From the IMG/VR virus record IMGVR_UViG_3300017992_000735: a DNA stretch of 64,000 nucleotides. One strand, 5' to 3'. The translations under genes and the position numbers were made by a program. The stretch's first letter is position 1. Each line of letters opens with the position of its first letter. Source of the stretch: an uncultured virus (IMG/VR IMGVR_UViG_3300017992_000735). Lineage: Duplodnaviria > Heunggongvirae > Uroviricota > Caudoviricetes. Of this stretch, positions 9,555-20,032 are shown piece by piece. The notes beneath the pieces were generated by a model that worked only from the letters and a program-made list of their open reading frames with translations, had not been told where the DNA came from and did no database searches.

Positions 9555-10624
9555 TATAAACTCGTATCTGCTGCTTCTTCTAAGACGAAAGTTGAGTTTC
9601 CAATCCGCTCTTTCTGATTGTAGTTCACTGCGATCTTATGAATGAAAAAATCTTTCTGGCTCCAGCTAATTCCATCCTCAGCACTGGAATAGGTGATTTG
9701 GATCCGATCCATTAGCTCGAACATAACTCCTGCCAACCCAGCGCGGTTGACTCGTACGGTGTAATCCCTGTTCTCCCACTGGTACCGTCTCTTGGCCCAG
9801 AGGTCAAGCTGCGCTTGAGTGTTGCAACGTAACCGAGTGAGTTCTAGTTTCTCCCCATACGCCTCGGGTTCAGTGACCGCAGGGTTTGTGGGATAGGACG
9901 ATGTCAGAATTGTCCCACTGTCTGTTAAAGCTTTGAGAATGACTTGGTTGACTCGAGCATCTGTTCGGGGGATAATCTCTAAAGGCTCAGTGAAAAAATC
10001 ATCGTCCCACACCATTGTAACAGCCGGCAAGACCGCATCGAAGGCTGGGTGGGGGATGTAGTGAAATTGATCTTCTTTGTCACAGTAGCAGATGTAAAAC
10101 TCATTCTCTGCCAACTGCCGAATCCGCTCCCAAATAATTCCCTCGTGAAGAGCCAGAACAGTTAAGTCGGCGGAGTTTGTCTGGTCAATATCTGAGATGT
10201 CGAGCCAGCCGTTGGGAGCAGGAGTAGACGGACCCATGTTGGTGTGGTCGTCTATAATGTGATCTACGACCTTCCCAGAGGTCAAGTTGGTCATCTGATG
10301 CTCATTAGCAGGAGCTGCTTGTTCCGTGAAGTAAATACCTTGGACCCGACCTCGTTTCAAGTAAGCATCAGAGGTATTGGCGATGAAAGTAGTCTCAGAC
10401 CGGTCGTGATAGCGGCGGATGTTCTGGGGCAGGGCATAGCCCACAAACCGCCGGTAAAAATTAAAGTCCCAGGCCCCATCCGCCTTTAGCCGCACAAAGA
10501 CCTGGACCTTCTCGTTCTCGTCTATGGCATCTCCGTCATTGAAAATAGTGCCCCGAATCTGCCACCCACCCCGGTCTATATCTCCGTTTAGTTGTTGAAT
10601 TTCTACAGTTTTGTAAGTTCTCAT
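9554..10624 (-). CDS. Baseplate hub / Tal-like tail protein
   Basis: Position after the distal-tail genes; size and C-terminal ELMDRIQI..FFIHKI pattern. Confidence 0.55.
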   Translation of the reverse strand: MRTYKTVEIQQLNGDIDRGGWQIRGTIFNDGDAIDENEKVQVFVRLKADGAWDFNFYRRFVGYALPQNIRRYHDRSETTFIANTSDAYLKRGRVQGIYFTEQAAPANEHQMTNLTSGKVVDHIIDDHTNMGPSTPAPNGWLDISDIDQTNSADLTVLALHEGIIWERIRQLAENEFYICYCDKEDQFHYIPHPAFDAVLPAVTMVWDDDFFTEPLEIIPRTDARVNQVILKALTDSGTILTSSYPTNPAVTEPEAYGEKLELTRLRCNTQAQLDLWAKRRYQWENRDYTVRVNRAGLAGVMFELMDRIQITYSSAEDGISWSQKDFFIHKIAVNYNQKERIGNSTFVLEEAADTSL

Positions 10625-12159
10625 GTGGTGATTTCTACGTTAGCTATACCAGCAGTAACATCCAATGTCCCAGTAATATCGGTCCAGGTAGTTCCTTGGT
10701 TGGGGGAGTGTTGGATTAACTGCGCTCCCGCATCGGTTCGAGCAATGACAATCTCATTGGGATCTTCATCCAAAACAGCGATAGCCGAGAGGTCATAAGG
10801 AAGTGCAGCATCTAAAGTTGACCAGCTTGCTACATCGTCCGTTTCAACCAAGTCGTCGTTTCCATCCAAAGCTAGGTATACATGGTTATCATCGTTTGGG
10901 TCTATGGCAATAGGCTGGGCTCGGCTGGTTCCCCAAGAACCGGGGTCAATTCCGGTTGTAGTAGCTCCACCATCTGTAGACAACTCTGTTTGTTCGTTAT
11001 TTCCAAAATACCCAGAGATAACTACCCGCTCACCGGTATACTCTGTTGCTTTGACATTGATCGAGTCCCCTGCTCCTGGGTCAAAGGCTTTGGTCCCCAC
11101 ATGGTCATCTACAAGTGGGAGGTCTGCTGTGACCATAATAGGGTTGTTTGAGGAGTCATAAATCCCTAGGTACAAAATGTCTCCATCCCCGTCTACATCC
11201 ATAGATTGTGGTGGAAGATCTGAGCCAGCACCGATTGGGGACAGGGTGTAAGTGGGGCCGTTTCGGAAAATATTGTCGCCACCACCCATATACCAAGTAA
11301 CAGAGTCCCACTTTATTCCCCCACAGCCTGCAGATTCACTAAGAGCAGATACAGCAGTTGACCAACTCCCTCCAGATCGGGTGTAAAGCTGCGCAGTGGA
11401 TCCTTTGTCAACTCCAATCCAAAGGTTCCCGTCTGACCCTCCTGACAACTCCGCAGCTCCCGTTGTCAGCACCCCAGGTGGGTCTAGGTCTTCGGTCCAG
11501 CTTCCTACATACCTCCAGATCTCATCTTGAGTATAGCTAACTGCGTAGAGGGCTCCGCTGTGTGTGTAGAAAGCTGAGTATCCCAGGCTAGAAACTGTTG
11601 GTTCATCTTGCCAAGCCCCCGCTCCCACAACTCGTTTTATGAGAGTTCCTTCGCCACCAATAACTGTTGACCAATATGTATAAGTTCCAAATTTGATAAT
11701 ATCATACGAAGATATACTATTCGACCCACCTACAGTGTATGAGGTATGGACATCGTGAGACCAACTTCCCCCCAACGTTCTTCTGGAGAAGTGAGCTTCT
11801 TGGATTAAGTGTCCAATCAGTTTTCCACACACAATATATAAATAGCTTCCGTACGCATTGGCGCTGCGTATTGTGTACGCAGCATCTACAGTTGAAACAT
11901 CTAGATCCTTAGTCCAGCTCGTTCCGTTTGTGGTGTAGTACAGATCGTTGATGGATGCCCCCCAGATTCGGCCGTTCCAAATGAAAACGCGTTCTAGGTC
12001 AGAAGCTCCTGCGGGATTCCTTTTTGTCCAAGTAGCATCACCCGTCCGCTCATACAGCCCACGGTCACCATCGGAAGTGCCTCCCTGACACCAGAGTTTA
12101 CCACCGTAGATGAAAAATTGTTTTGCTCTATGTGGCCCAGAATCATTAGCCCACGCCAT
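10621..12159 (-). CDS. Beta-propeller virion protein
   Basis: Asp-box-like repeats (TTNGTSW, STDGGATT, SPNQGTTW). Confidence 0.6.
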   Translation of the reverse strand: MAWANDSGPHRAKQFFIYGGKLWCQGGTSDGDRGLYERTGDATWTKRNPAGASDLERVFIWNGRIWGASINDLYYTTNGTSWTKDLDVSTVDAAYTIRSANAYGSYLYIVCGKLIGHLIQEAHFSRRTLGGSWSHDVHTSYTVGGSNSISSYDIIKFGTYTYWSTVIGGEGTLIKRVVGAGAWQDEPTVSSLGYSAFYTHSGALYAVSYTQDEIWRYVGSWTEDLDPPGVLTTGAAELSGGSDGNLWIGVDKGSTAQLYTRSGGSWSTAVSALSESAGCGGIKWDSVTWYMGGGDNIFRNGPTYTLSPIGAGSDLPPQSMDVDGDGDILYLGIYDSSNNPIMVTADLPLVDDHVGTKAFDPGAGDSINVKATEYTGERVVISGYFGNNEQTELSTDGGATTTGIDPGSWGTSRAQPIAIDPNDDNHVYLALDGNDDLVETDDVASWSTLDAALPYDLSAIAVLDEDPNEIVIARTDAGAQLIQHSPNQGTTWTDITGTLDVTAGIANVEITT

Positions 12160-12185
12160 AAAAGTATCCTCTCATATTGACAACT

Positions 12186-13019
12186 CTATGCAAAACGTAC
12201 TTGCCAGTTATACCAAGTTGTCCCGTAATCATCTGTCCAATAAACCCACACCCGAGTAGCCGACCCGGCTAGCACATAGACCTCATCCTCGTAAGCTGGG
12301 TTAAATGCAATACAGTACCAATCCAAATCGCTTACAGCGGGAGCAGGGGAATCTCCTGCATCGTTCTCAGGAGTAGACATGGTAAACTGAGTCCAACTAG
12401 TTCCTTCATCAGTACTCCTAGCCACCCCCGCCTGAGTCGCGATCCAAAGAGTCTTAACGTAATCATATTTAGTAGCAGGATCTATTTTCATATCCCGCAC
12501 ATTTAGCCAGTTTCCTGTCAAACCGGTGTTCTTCGACTCCCAAGTACCTCCAGAGCAGCTACTATACTCCATATAAAAAACACCAGCGGATTTGTGGCCA
12601 ATGAAAATGTCTGTAACCAAAGATGTATTAACTACGACCTGCGCATAGGCACTGCCTTGGAGCCCAGTTCCATCTGTAACTGTTAGGGTGACAGTGTAAG
12701 TCCCTGCTGAAGTGTACTGGTGGGTTCCGTTGGATGCGTTGGATGACCCGCCGTCGCCAAAGGACCAAGAGTAGCTGGTTACTGTTCCGTCTGGGTCGTA
12801 CGAGCTTCTCCCATCGTAGGTCACAGAGTCGTTCACACAGATGACTGTAGGAGTCAAGCTAATAACCGCAACTGGCTCTTTGACTACTCCCGTTACGTTT
12901 CCAGCAGTACAACAAAAGAACCTCGGGCTCACTACGGGTCCGAGGATTACTTCCATCTCTCCTGCGAGTTTGGTGGCAATTAGCCTTGTTTTTTGGAGGT
13001 CACTGAGTGAGGTTCCCAT
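12186..13019 (-). CDS. PKD-domain virion protein
   Basis: SYDPDGTVTSYSWSFGDG..HQYTSAGTYTVTLTVTD PKD signature, followed by Asp-box repeats. Confidence 0.8.
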   Translation of the reverse strand: MGTSLSDLQKTRLIATKLAGEMEVILGPVVSPRFFCCTAGNVTGVVKEPVAVISLTPTVICVNDSVTYDGRSSYDPDGTVTSYSWSFGDGGSSNASNGTHQYTSAGTYTVTLTVTDGTGLQGSAYAQVVVNTSLVTDIFIGHKSAGVFYMEYSSCSGGTWESKNTGLTGNWLNVRDMKIDPATKYDYVKTLWIATQAGVARSTDEGTSWTQFTMSTPENDAGDSPAPAVSDLDWYCIAFNPAYEDEVYVLAGSATRVWVYWTDDYGTTWYNWQVRFA

Positions 13020-13225
13020 ATCTGTGAAATCTGTTTAAATTTTTCCAGTCCTTCTGGCTGCTTGATTTTTACAGTTGTGCTAAAGTTTCTTTAGTAATTG
13101 TGTAAAAATCCCCTTTAATATCTTTCAGTGTATAAAGAAAAACACTCAAAACTCCCCTATAATTCGGGGGGTGTCATTTTATACACACATTGGAAGCTTA
13201 ACTAGTCTGCGCCCGTCTGCTAGAG

Positions 13226-13570
13226 TTAGACGTTAACATTCCAAAACTCGACCCTAACGTTGGTAAATCTCATTGAGGAGTTTCCAGAAGGGTCAGCCAC
13301 TCGGTACTCAACTCGACCCATAGTAGGGCTTGTGATTCTCTGGATAGCACCATTCACCAGAGTGTCAAAGGAAGTTAAGACGGACTGTTGGTATTGCGTC
13401 CACGATTGGAGTTGAGTCAAATCGCAAGAAGATCTCTCCCAGACGACCTTGCCGACCTCATTCCAAATCCCAGCACCGTCAGTTCGAGTACCGATTTGGT
13501 TATATTCGATAGGAGTGACAGATTCCGGCTGGGCGATTGTACTCGATCCGTTTATAGCAAATGTAGCCAT
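13226..13570 (-). CDS. Putative distal tail protein
   Basis: 114 aa gene immediately after the tape measure gene. Confidence 0.5.
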   Translation of the reverse strand: MATFAINGSSTIAQPESVTPIEYNQIGTRTDGAGIWNEVGKVVWERSSCDLTQLQSWTQYQQSVLTSFDTLVNGAIQRITSPTMGRVEYRVADPSGNSSMRFTNVRVEFWNVNV

Positions 13571-16152
13571 TAGTCAGGCCTCCTCGAAATCCCTTCCTCT
13601 ATTGCTTCTGTTACTCCGATGATTAACATATTAGCGGCCTCAGGGGATAGGGCGCTCCCAGTGACATTGATACTTCCAGATACATCCACAGATACCCGAC
13701 CTCCTCCAACAGCACCACCGGTCAAAGGAGTCACTCGGACGTGCTCTGCCACTCCCCCTTCGCCCACAACTAGGGTGGTAGGTCTTGAAAATACTGCGTC
13801 TAAGCCATGTTGAGCAAACTCAATCTCACCTCGGCCCGTAGGAGAACGCCCTGTTCTTTCCTCCTGGCGACGCCGAGCAGCAGATACACTCCAAGGATCC
13901 GCATCGGCTATCTCCTCCAAAGCCTCTGCCGTTTCTTTGGCCTCCTTCTTCAGCAAACCTAAGCTCTCTCTACGCCGCTGATCTGCGTCTATTCCAAGTT
14001 GGACTTGATCCACATAATCTCCATAAGCTTCTCGCCATAGGTTCATTATGGTGTTGGCTGTTTCTGTATTCATATCTTTCTCAGACATCAGAGATTCGCC
14101 CACCGCCTGGAGTTTTTCATCACGGCTTTGGAGGAGGTCGTTCATCCGCTCTTGGTAGTTTTGCTGTTCTGTAGCTCGAGCTTCTGCTGCATTCTCAGCA
14201 ATGGTAGAAAGTGTCTCTTGGAGTTGGGTTTGGATGTCAGACATCCGCTCCTGGAATTGGGATTCCCGATCCGCCATCTCACGCCGGAAGTCCTGCTCTC
14301 GCTCCTGGCGTTGTGTCTCTCGGTCCTCTTGCATATCAGACCGAGCATCTTCTTGCTCCCGAGCCCGGACATCCTTTTCGTGGGCGTACCGAAGCCTCAA
14401 CTCCCTTAGGGCGAGAGTGTCACCTTCAGCAATTAAGCGCTCCTCCTCAAACTGGAACTCCCACTCGGCATCAATAACCTCCTGATGCTGGTCGCGGATG
14501 AGCCGTTTCCACTGCCTGTTAAAGTCCTCTTGTTCGTCAACTTTCTCTCGGTTGTACTCCTCCCGGATCCGAGTTAAATCTTTTTGATAATCTGAGATTG
14601 CGTCGGCTTCACTCTTTTGGGCTTTCTCGATTGCTTTTTCATGCTGCTTTTGGTACTTCTTATCGATATCGGCCAGCTTTTTGCTGTGATCTTGGTTTAA
14701 CTTCTCGACGCGCTTTTGGTGATCTTTGATAATATCTTCGATCTTCTTGGCGCCTTTGAGGGCCGCTTTCTCAGCCTTCTCATCTAGACCAGGAGGAGCC
14801 TTTTCCGTCGGTTCTTCTTCAGGAGCTTCCTTTGGAGCTTTTGCTGTTGGTTCTAACCCCCACATCTTACGGACAGTCTGTATTCGACTCCTCTTAAACG
14901 CCTCCTCTAGTGTGCGTTTCCGCTCAGCAAATCCCCTGATTCCCTCCCCTCGTCGGATCCGATCAATTAAATCTGCTAACATCAAAACATCAATAATTAA
15001 CTGATCGATCTGAGACAAGACTGCGTTTGTAATAACAAAACCCAACTGTTGGAAGCTAGTAATAAGAGCAGTCGGTTTGGCGGATATGTTATCAAGGTAG
15101 TCAGAAGTTAGCCCAATCTTCATTGCAATCAATCCCCATGCCTCTACCAGACCCTGAGTGACTGGGTTGAGTTTTATTACAAAATCGAGTATAGCTGCGA
15201 CCTCATCTCTACTCTCGACTAAGAAACTCACAAAGTCGGCAACCCTAGAAGCTAGATCCCACATATTTGATAATAGTGTCGCCACAAGCTCACCTAGTTT
15301 AACTGCAGTGGCGATGATCTCTTCTTTATTTTCCTTGACCCAGCCTACTACCCCCTTAAGTGCGTCTTCTAGTTCAGCAAATACTGGTTTCCCAAACTCA
15401 AGCAGCACCTCACTCCAGAGCCCGCGCAAGAACCCCATCTGACCAGCAAATGTTCCCAACTGATCTTGAACAAGGCCCCAACCCATACCATACTCCTCTA
15501 GGAGCTGGTTTAGGGCTGCCATTTTTTCTTCCATGGTGCCTTGCATCTTGGTAATCTCAGCCAGCTTTTTCTTTGGGAGCTCGAACCTCATAGCCAGAGA
15601 GGTATAGCTACCAGACAAAAACTCACGCAAGGCGAACGCAGCCCCTATCATACCCTGAATTGGATCTGCTGCTGCCAACCCCTGCTGGGCTCGAATCATA
15701 TCGAGGAAGGCATCCTTGCTTCCCTCGGCGTAAGGTAGGAACTGCTTAGCAGCCAAGGCCATATCTACGACGCTCTGCCCGGTTTTGGATGCCTCTTCTC
15801 TCATCGCCTCCAGGAATTCTTGAGCCTTGACTTCGCTGCCCAGAAGGCGGTTGAACGTTAGTGTAACCCCTTGCATCCCGCTAGCTAAGCCAACGGCTTG
15901 CTGAGTTATTCCGAGGAGTGTAGCTCCCACCTGTTTCAAAACTCCGAGAAACATCTGGACGCCCTTAAAAGCGAAAGCGATCTTAATCGCCTCACCTACA
16001 GATAGGAAGGATTTCTCAGTCCCTTCTGCATCTTTGCTGATCTCTTCCATCCGCTTTTTTGCCACGTCTCGGGCACGTTGTGCTTCTTCTATTAACTTGT
16101 CTGTTCTTGCGATCAATTCGACGAATAACGTCTCTACAGGTTCACCTGGCAT
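13570..16152 (-). CDS. Tape measure protein
   Basis: 860 aa helical/coiled-coil protein after tube and chaperones; FNRLLGS..AQEFL; C-terminal PTTLVVGEGGVAEHV motif. Confidence 0.85.
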   Translation of the reverse strand: MPGEPVETLFVELIARTDKLIEEAQRARDVAKKRMEEISKDAEGTEKSFLSVGEAIKIAFAFKGVQMFLGVLKQVGATLLGITQQAVGLASGMQGVTLTFNRLLGSEVKAQEFLEAMREEASKTGQSVVDMALAAKQFLPYAEGSKDAFLDMIRAQQGLAAADPIQGMIGAAFALREFLSGSYTSLAMRFELPKKKLAEITKMQGTMEEKMAALNQLLEEYGMGWGLVQDQLGTFAGQMGFLRGLWSEVLLEFGKPVFAELEDALKGVVGWVKENKEEIIATAVKLGELVATLLSNMWDLASRVADFVSFLVESRDEVAAILDFVIKLNPVTQGLVEAWGLIAMKIGLTSDYLDNISAKPTALITSFQQLGFVITNAVLSQIDQLIIDVLMLADLIDRIRRGEGIRGFAERKRTLEEAFKRSRIQTVRKMWGLEPTAKAPKEAPEEEPTEKAPPGLDEKAEKAALKGAKKIEDIIKDHQKRVEKLNQDHSKKLADIDKKYQKQHEKAIEKAQKSEADAISDYQKDLTRIREEYNREKVDEQEDFNRQWKRLIRDQHQEVIDAEWEFQFEEERLIAEGDTLALRELRLRYAHEKDVRAREQEDARSDMQEDRETQRQEREQDFRREMADRESQFQERMSDIQTQLQETLSTIAENAAEARATEQQNYQERMNDLLQSRDEKLQAVGESLMSEKDMNTETANTIMNLWREAYGDYVDQVQLGIDADQRRRESLGLLKKEAKETAEALEEIADADPWSVSAARRRQEERTGRSPTGRGEIEFAQHGLDAVFSRPTTLVVGEGGVAEHVRVTPLTGGAVGGGRVSVDVSGSINVTGSALSPEAANMLIIGVTEAIEEGISRRPD

Positions 16153-16520
16153 TATTTAAGAAACCATAATTTTATACCCTGCTTTGGTTCGACCAAATTA
16201 AGTTTAATCGCTGCGTCCATAAGTCGATCAAGATGATTGACTTTTAGGATCTCTGGGAGTACTTCGAGCACATAATGAAAATCCAACTCCCCAGCCTCAG
16301 ACGTTGGGATCCCTAACGCATAGGCCATAAATGCCACTACACTTTCTGTGTTCTCTTCCACTACTTCAGTGAGGGCTTTTGATAATAGAGTTAGTTTAAC
16401 TTGAGGATTTTTTTCCTTCTGGAAAGCTAGAATGTAAGGAGCCAACTGATCTAAGTGCCTCGCCACCACACAGATAGCCTTTAAGCCGTTCCGGAGGTTC
16501 ATTGGTTCAACCATCTGCAC
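16152..16520 (-). CDS. Putative tail assembly chaperone
   Basis: Located between tail tube and tape measure genes. Confidence 0.5.
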   Translation of the reverse strand: MQMVEPMNLRNGLKAICVVARHLDQLAPYILAFQKEKNPQVKLTLLSKALTEVVEENTESVVAFMAYALGIPTSEAGELDFHYVLEVLPEILKVNHLDRLMDAAIKLNLVEPKQGIKLWFLK

Positions 16521-17145
16521 CCCCAGTCACAACATTTCCAGTTGGCTTTAGGTTGTTAGGAATATTAGCTCCACCCTGAGTCGTTCGTTGCCAAGGGAGT
16601 TTTTGATAATCCTTGTACTGGCCTTTCTTGTCGTAGGCGACCTCAGATAAACCGTACTCAAATTCCTCCCTTTCATGCCTCGATAACTGAACTTCCTGCA
16701 AGTAGCACCAAGCCACCTCGGGAACTAGATTCAAGATTGTTTCTTGGGCCCAGGAGTAGGCTTCGGCTAGTTGGTGGACGATTGAGGCTAGGCCACGGTT
16801 GGGGTAGTCAGCATTTGTTTTAGCGACTTTGGGTTGGATGGTCATCCAAGGGAGAGTGGCTAAAGGCTCGTTTAGGGCGACAAGTTTGATAAAAGCCTCA
16901 GCAAACTCAACCGGATCCTGGCCCTCAGTCCAATCCTCAGAGAACCCCGTTGCATGGGAAAACCATTCCAGGTAGCAATCTACAGTGTCATAAAGCCCGA
17001 TGTCCATCCACTCCTTGAGCTTCCCCATAGTTGCTTCCAGGGCATAATACCCCCTCAACCTTTGGCGGGGAACTACAAAGAACTCCCCACCAAAGGCGAT
17101 GGTTTCTGTCTTGTTTTCGAGCTCCAATGCTTTCAAGAAGTCCAC
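16507..17145 (-). CDS. Putative tail assembly chaperone
   Basis: Located between tube and tape measure; HQLAEAYSWAQETILNL resembles chaperone C-termini. Confidence 0.55.
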   Translation of the reverse strand: MDFLKALELENKTETIAFGGEFFVVPRQRLRGYYALEATMGKLKEWMDIGLYDTVDCYLEWFSHATGFSEDWTEGQDPVEFAEAFIKLVALNEPLATLPWMTIQPKVAKTNADYPNRGLASIVHQLAEAYSWAQETILNLVPEVAWCYLQEVQLSRHEREEFEYGLSEVAYDKKGQYKDYQKLPWQRTTQGGANIPNNLKPTGNVVTGGADG

Positions 17146-17155
17146 TGAGCTCCTC

Positions 17156-17788
17156 CTAACTTAGTTCACTGGGATCTAGCCTGACAACTGTTGCAAACGC
17201 CTGAGCATCCGGCTTTGTGTCATCTGCATAGAACCTGACAGTGAACCCGGTCAACGTCCATGGCTGACCCCAAACCGTTGCTAACTCCCAAGCATCTACA
17301 ACCTGACACCTGTGTCCTGTTACTGAGAAGCAGTCTCCCGTGGAGTCGTCATAAACACGACTCCAGAAGCACATGTAATAGGTATCGTTGTCAATCTCAC
17401 CGAGACCGAACTTACTTGTACCTTCGGAGGTGTTATTGGTGACTCCGCTACCCTTCATAAAGATACTAAGGTGCTCGAAGGGTAGAAGACTCTTGAGGGT
17501 GAACGTGCATTCCAGGTAGTTCCGCTTCTGGGTGACTGACTTAACACCAATCGTATCACATTGGATGTCATTCATCGTCACGTTGTCACGGAACCGGAAA
17601 TCCTCGTAGCACCCAATCTGATAGGCGGGGTCTGCTGCGGTTCCCGCAATACCCCAGTAGAACCCGTCGGAGTCGGGGTTGTTCTGTGGAACTCCCCCAA
17701 TCCAAAACTCGGGACCGCCCTCCAAGAAAAGATCTTCTGACGAGGTGGTTGTGCCTGTAGGCTCACAATAACTTGAGTTTAGCGGCAT
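17156..17788 (-). CDS. Major tail (tube) protein
   Basis: 210 aa acidic beta-rich protein between tail terminator and chaperones. Confidence 0.75.
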   Translation of the reverse strand: MPLNSSYCEPTGTTTSSEDLFLEGGPEFWIGGVPQNNPDSDGFYWGIAGTAADPAYQIGCYEDFRFRDNVTMNDIQCDTIGVKSVTQKRNYLECTFTLKSLLPFEHLSIFMKGSGVTNNTSEGTSKFGLGEIDNDTYYMCFWSRVYDDSTGDCFSVTGHRCQVVDAWELATVWGQPWTLTGFTVRFYADDTKPDAQAFATVVRLDPSELS

Positions 17789-17813
17789 TTTTGTTTACCT
17801 CCTATTGAAAATG

Positions 17814-17855
17814 AAAAAGCGCGCTAACACATATACTAGCTGCGTCAACGCGCTT
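17814..17855 (-). terminator. Terminator-like hairpin upstream of the tail tube gene
   Basis: AAGCGCGTTGACGCA pairs with TGTGTTAGCGCGCTT, running into a T tract. Confidence 0.6.
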
Positions 17856-17898
17856 CCGTTTATCTAAAATATGGCCTAACAGGCTTTTGAAAGAATTT

Positions 17899-18150
17899 TT
17901 AAAAATTTCTCAATGCAAACACTGGGTAGGTGACAGCTTTCTTACCCCCTCCCCCACCACATCCCCCACAGCTCCCCCTTTGGATTTTTACTTTTTGTAG
18001 GAGCCCGTGGATGTCTCTTTCATCAAGCTCCTCCCCAATTATTAGGCAGGGAGCATTGTGGTAGAACCTATAGATATTACCCGTCTCGGGTCCTTCGTAG
18101 ATGACAGAACCGCCTTTCGAGATGCCTCGTATGTAGCATAGCTTTTTCAA
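17899..18150 (-). CDS. Small structural-region protein with CGGC motif
   Basis: GPETGNIYRF..DERDIHGLL..RGSCGGCG; resembles the UGA-containing ORF 48222-48452. Confidence 0.65.
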   Translation of the reverse strand: MKKLCYIRGISKGGSVIYEGPETGNIYRFYHNAPCLIIGEELDERDIHGLLQKVKIQRGSCGGCGGGGGKKAVTYPVFALRNF

Positions 18151-18593
18151 ACCTCTTTCAACCTCATCTCACAAAGGACTTCTCCCCGCCAACCACCTGG
18201 AGGAGGCTCTGGAACAGGAGAATTTTGTCCCGTTATGTTGACTGCTGTCTCAGCCACAAAGTTCCCAGATGACTCAACCTTCTCTCCAAATAGCGCTGCT
18301 GTACAAAGGTTCATAATCTGATTACACTGGTCTGACGAGAAGTTGTACACTCCACCAGACGATGTAGGTTGAGTTAGTACCAAGGTTGAAAATGTCACTG
18401 TCCAGTTTTTTAAGTGACAGTTTCCTGTACTGTTGGGGGTGAGGAGATTAAGAGCCACTCGCACACAAGGATAGGCCCAGTCCGTTCCTGGCCACTCATC
18501 TTCTCGGATCTCATCTCCTACCACTGCAACTAAGTCGGTATCAGCTTTTAACACAGTAATTACTGCGCTCTGGACGTCGGAGCCATTGAGCAT
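18147..18593 (-). CDS. Tail terminator / completion protein
   Basis: VITVLKAD..LVAVVG..YPCV; located upstream of the tube gene. Confidence 0.7.
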   Translation of the reverse strand: MLNGSDVQSAVITVLKADTDLVAVVGDEIREDEWPGTDWAYPCVRVALNLLTPNSTGNCHLKNWTVTFSTLVLTQPTSSGGVYNFSSDQCNQIMNLCTAALFGEKVESSGNFVAETAVNITGQNSPVPEPPPGGWRGEVLCEMRLKEV

Positions 18594-18613
18594 ACAAAAC
18601 CTCTTTTAGTAAT

Positions 18614-18862
18614 TCAAGGTTCAACATCGAAACTATCAGGATCAAAGCCATCAGACAACCCCTCTGGGAGTTTAGTGGGTTCAATATTGAAAATAAATCT
18701 AAACATAAGACCTAAAAGCGCTGACCAGGGGATGAGGTGCTGAGTCCCTTTCTTGTTCTGATTGTGAGAGTAGCAATCCTTGCAGTAAACTAGGATCCCT
18801 CTCTCGTCATATCTAAATAAGAGAGTGTTGTATGGACTTCTCCGGCATCTAACGTCTTTCAT
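18614..18862 (-). CDS. Small Zn-ribbon-like protein (Com-like)
   Basis: VRC....LLFR..ILVYCKDC. Confidence 0.45.
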   Translation of the reverse strand: MKDVRCRRSPYNTLLFRYDERGILVYCKDCYSHNQNKKGTQHLIPWSALLGLMFRFIFNIEPTKLPEGLSDGFDPDSFDVEP

Positions 18863-19350
18863 CCTCTTCTAATCTCCCGTATAATTGAGTTTAAGATAAT
18901 ATCTTTTACCTCAAGCCCTTCTAGTTTCAGTGCAGTACTCATAAATGGAAATGCTTCTGTCCCAAACCTGGATATTTTCAACTGGACTGCTCGTGCTACT
19001 GCATATAAGGCATCTTTAGGAGGTGTTCCTGGTTTTACCTTTAACCACTCGACAATGTTCTTAAACTTAGGCCATCTCTGCGGAGGAGTTTTCTCATGCA
19101 AATAAATTGCTTGGTGTGTTCCAGGACCAATTCTAACACTATATGTTACTCCAGAAGATCGGACTCGCCCAACTGTAATAGACCGAACTGTCGCTCCAGT
19201 GGCTGTTCCCCTAGGTCTGAAAATCTCGAATACTCGCTTCGCTCGAGAAGCTACTCGAACTCCAGCAGTATGGAGACCCTTTCTCATCCCAGCATCAACT
19301 AAAGCTGGAAGGTCGTCAATTTTTCCTTCGCTCCATACACGTCCAGACAT
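18859..19350 (-). CDS. HK97 gp10-like tail completion protein
   Basis: TGATVRSI..AIYLHE..GTEAFPFMSTA pattern. Confidence 0.75.
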   Translation of the reverse strand: MSGRVWSEGKIDDLPALVDAGMRKGLHTAGVRVASRAKRVFEIFRPRGTATGATVRSITVGRVRSSGVTYSVRIGPGTHQAIYLHEKTPPQRWPKFKNIVEWLKVKPGTPPKDALYAVARAVQLKISRFGTEAFPFMSTALKLEGLEVKDIILNSIIREIRRG

Positions 19351-19534
19351 AAACCCTCATAGCATCTAGGTAAGCTTTATACAACTCTGGTGGCCACAAA
19401 TACCAAAACCCCAAAGCGATTGGAGAAGTCTCCAGTGTGCTAGCGATAATATTAAGAACTTCGAGAGCTTCTTCGTGGCCCCGGCAGAATTCGAGCTCTT
19501 GGGTTAAGCCACGGACAGTGGAAACTAAACTCAT
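19316..19534 (-). CDS. Hypothetical protein
   Basis: Tightly packed ORF in the late operon. Confidence 0.5.
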   Translation of the reverse strand: MSLVSTVRGLTQELEFCRGHEEALEVLNIIASTLETSPIALGFWYLWPPELYKAYLDAMRVYVWTCMERRKN

Positions 19535-19543
19535 CTGTTCTAA

Positions 19544-20032
19544 CTACAACCTTCTGAGTTTGGGACTGCTGAAGTATGTTTGGATATCCAGTGGGTTGAG
19601 TCCATGTACTCGTTCATTCATAGCAGATTCTACCCACTCCTTAACTTTGCTTCGGTCTTTGTTTGAGCCAGTCCACTGGCCCATTGTACCTGGCCCAAGT
19701 ACCTGACCCAGATACTTTACTTGCTGTTTGCGCGATTTACCTTTCCCGGTATATGACACCTTCTTATACACTCCCCCTCGGATCTTACCTTTGGGAGTAT
19801 CAATCTCTGCTCGTTCATCCCCCCATCTATCCTTCTTCCAAGTTACATTCTGACGAGTGTATGTCTTTTTACCTGCCTGTTTGCGTTGGGCGGCTACTCC
19901 ACCACCCTTCCGAGGGGCTGAGCCTCCTCGTTTACCTTTTCTCCCCTTGTGGCCCCAGTTACCAGACCCAGGACCACCTCTCTCGATAAAATCGATCGTT
20001 TCTGTAACTTCTTTGAAAATATCCCAACTCAT
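19544..20032 (-). CDS. Basic protein with GGPGSGxWGHKGRKG motif (possible internal virion protein)
   Basis: Shares a 22-aa motif with ORF 62232..63011. Confidence 0.65.
   Translation of the reverse strand: MSWDIFKEVTETIDFIERGGPGSGNWGHKGRKGKRGGSAPRKGGGVAAQRKQAGKKTYTRQNVTWKKDRWGDERAEIDTPKGKIRGGVYKKVSYTGKGKSRKQQVKYLGQVLGPGTMGQWTGSNKDRSKVKEWVESAMNERVHGLNPLDIQTYFSSPKLRRL

Noticed and set aside
13020..13225. AT-rich gap in the tail module as origin or regulatory element
   Set aside because: No iterons, convincing promoter or ORF could be identified.
16500..16530. Programmed frameshift between tail chaperone genes
   Set aside because: Only a G5 run is present, with no canonical XXXYYYZ heptamer, and the second ORF has its own possible starts.
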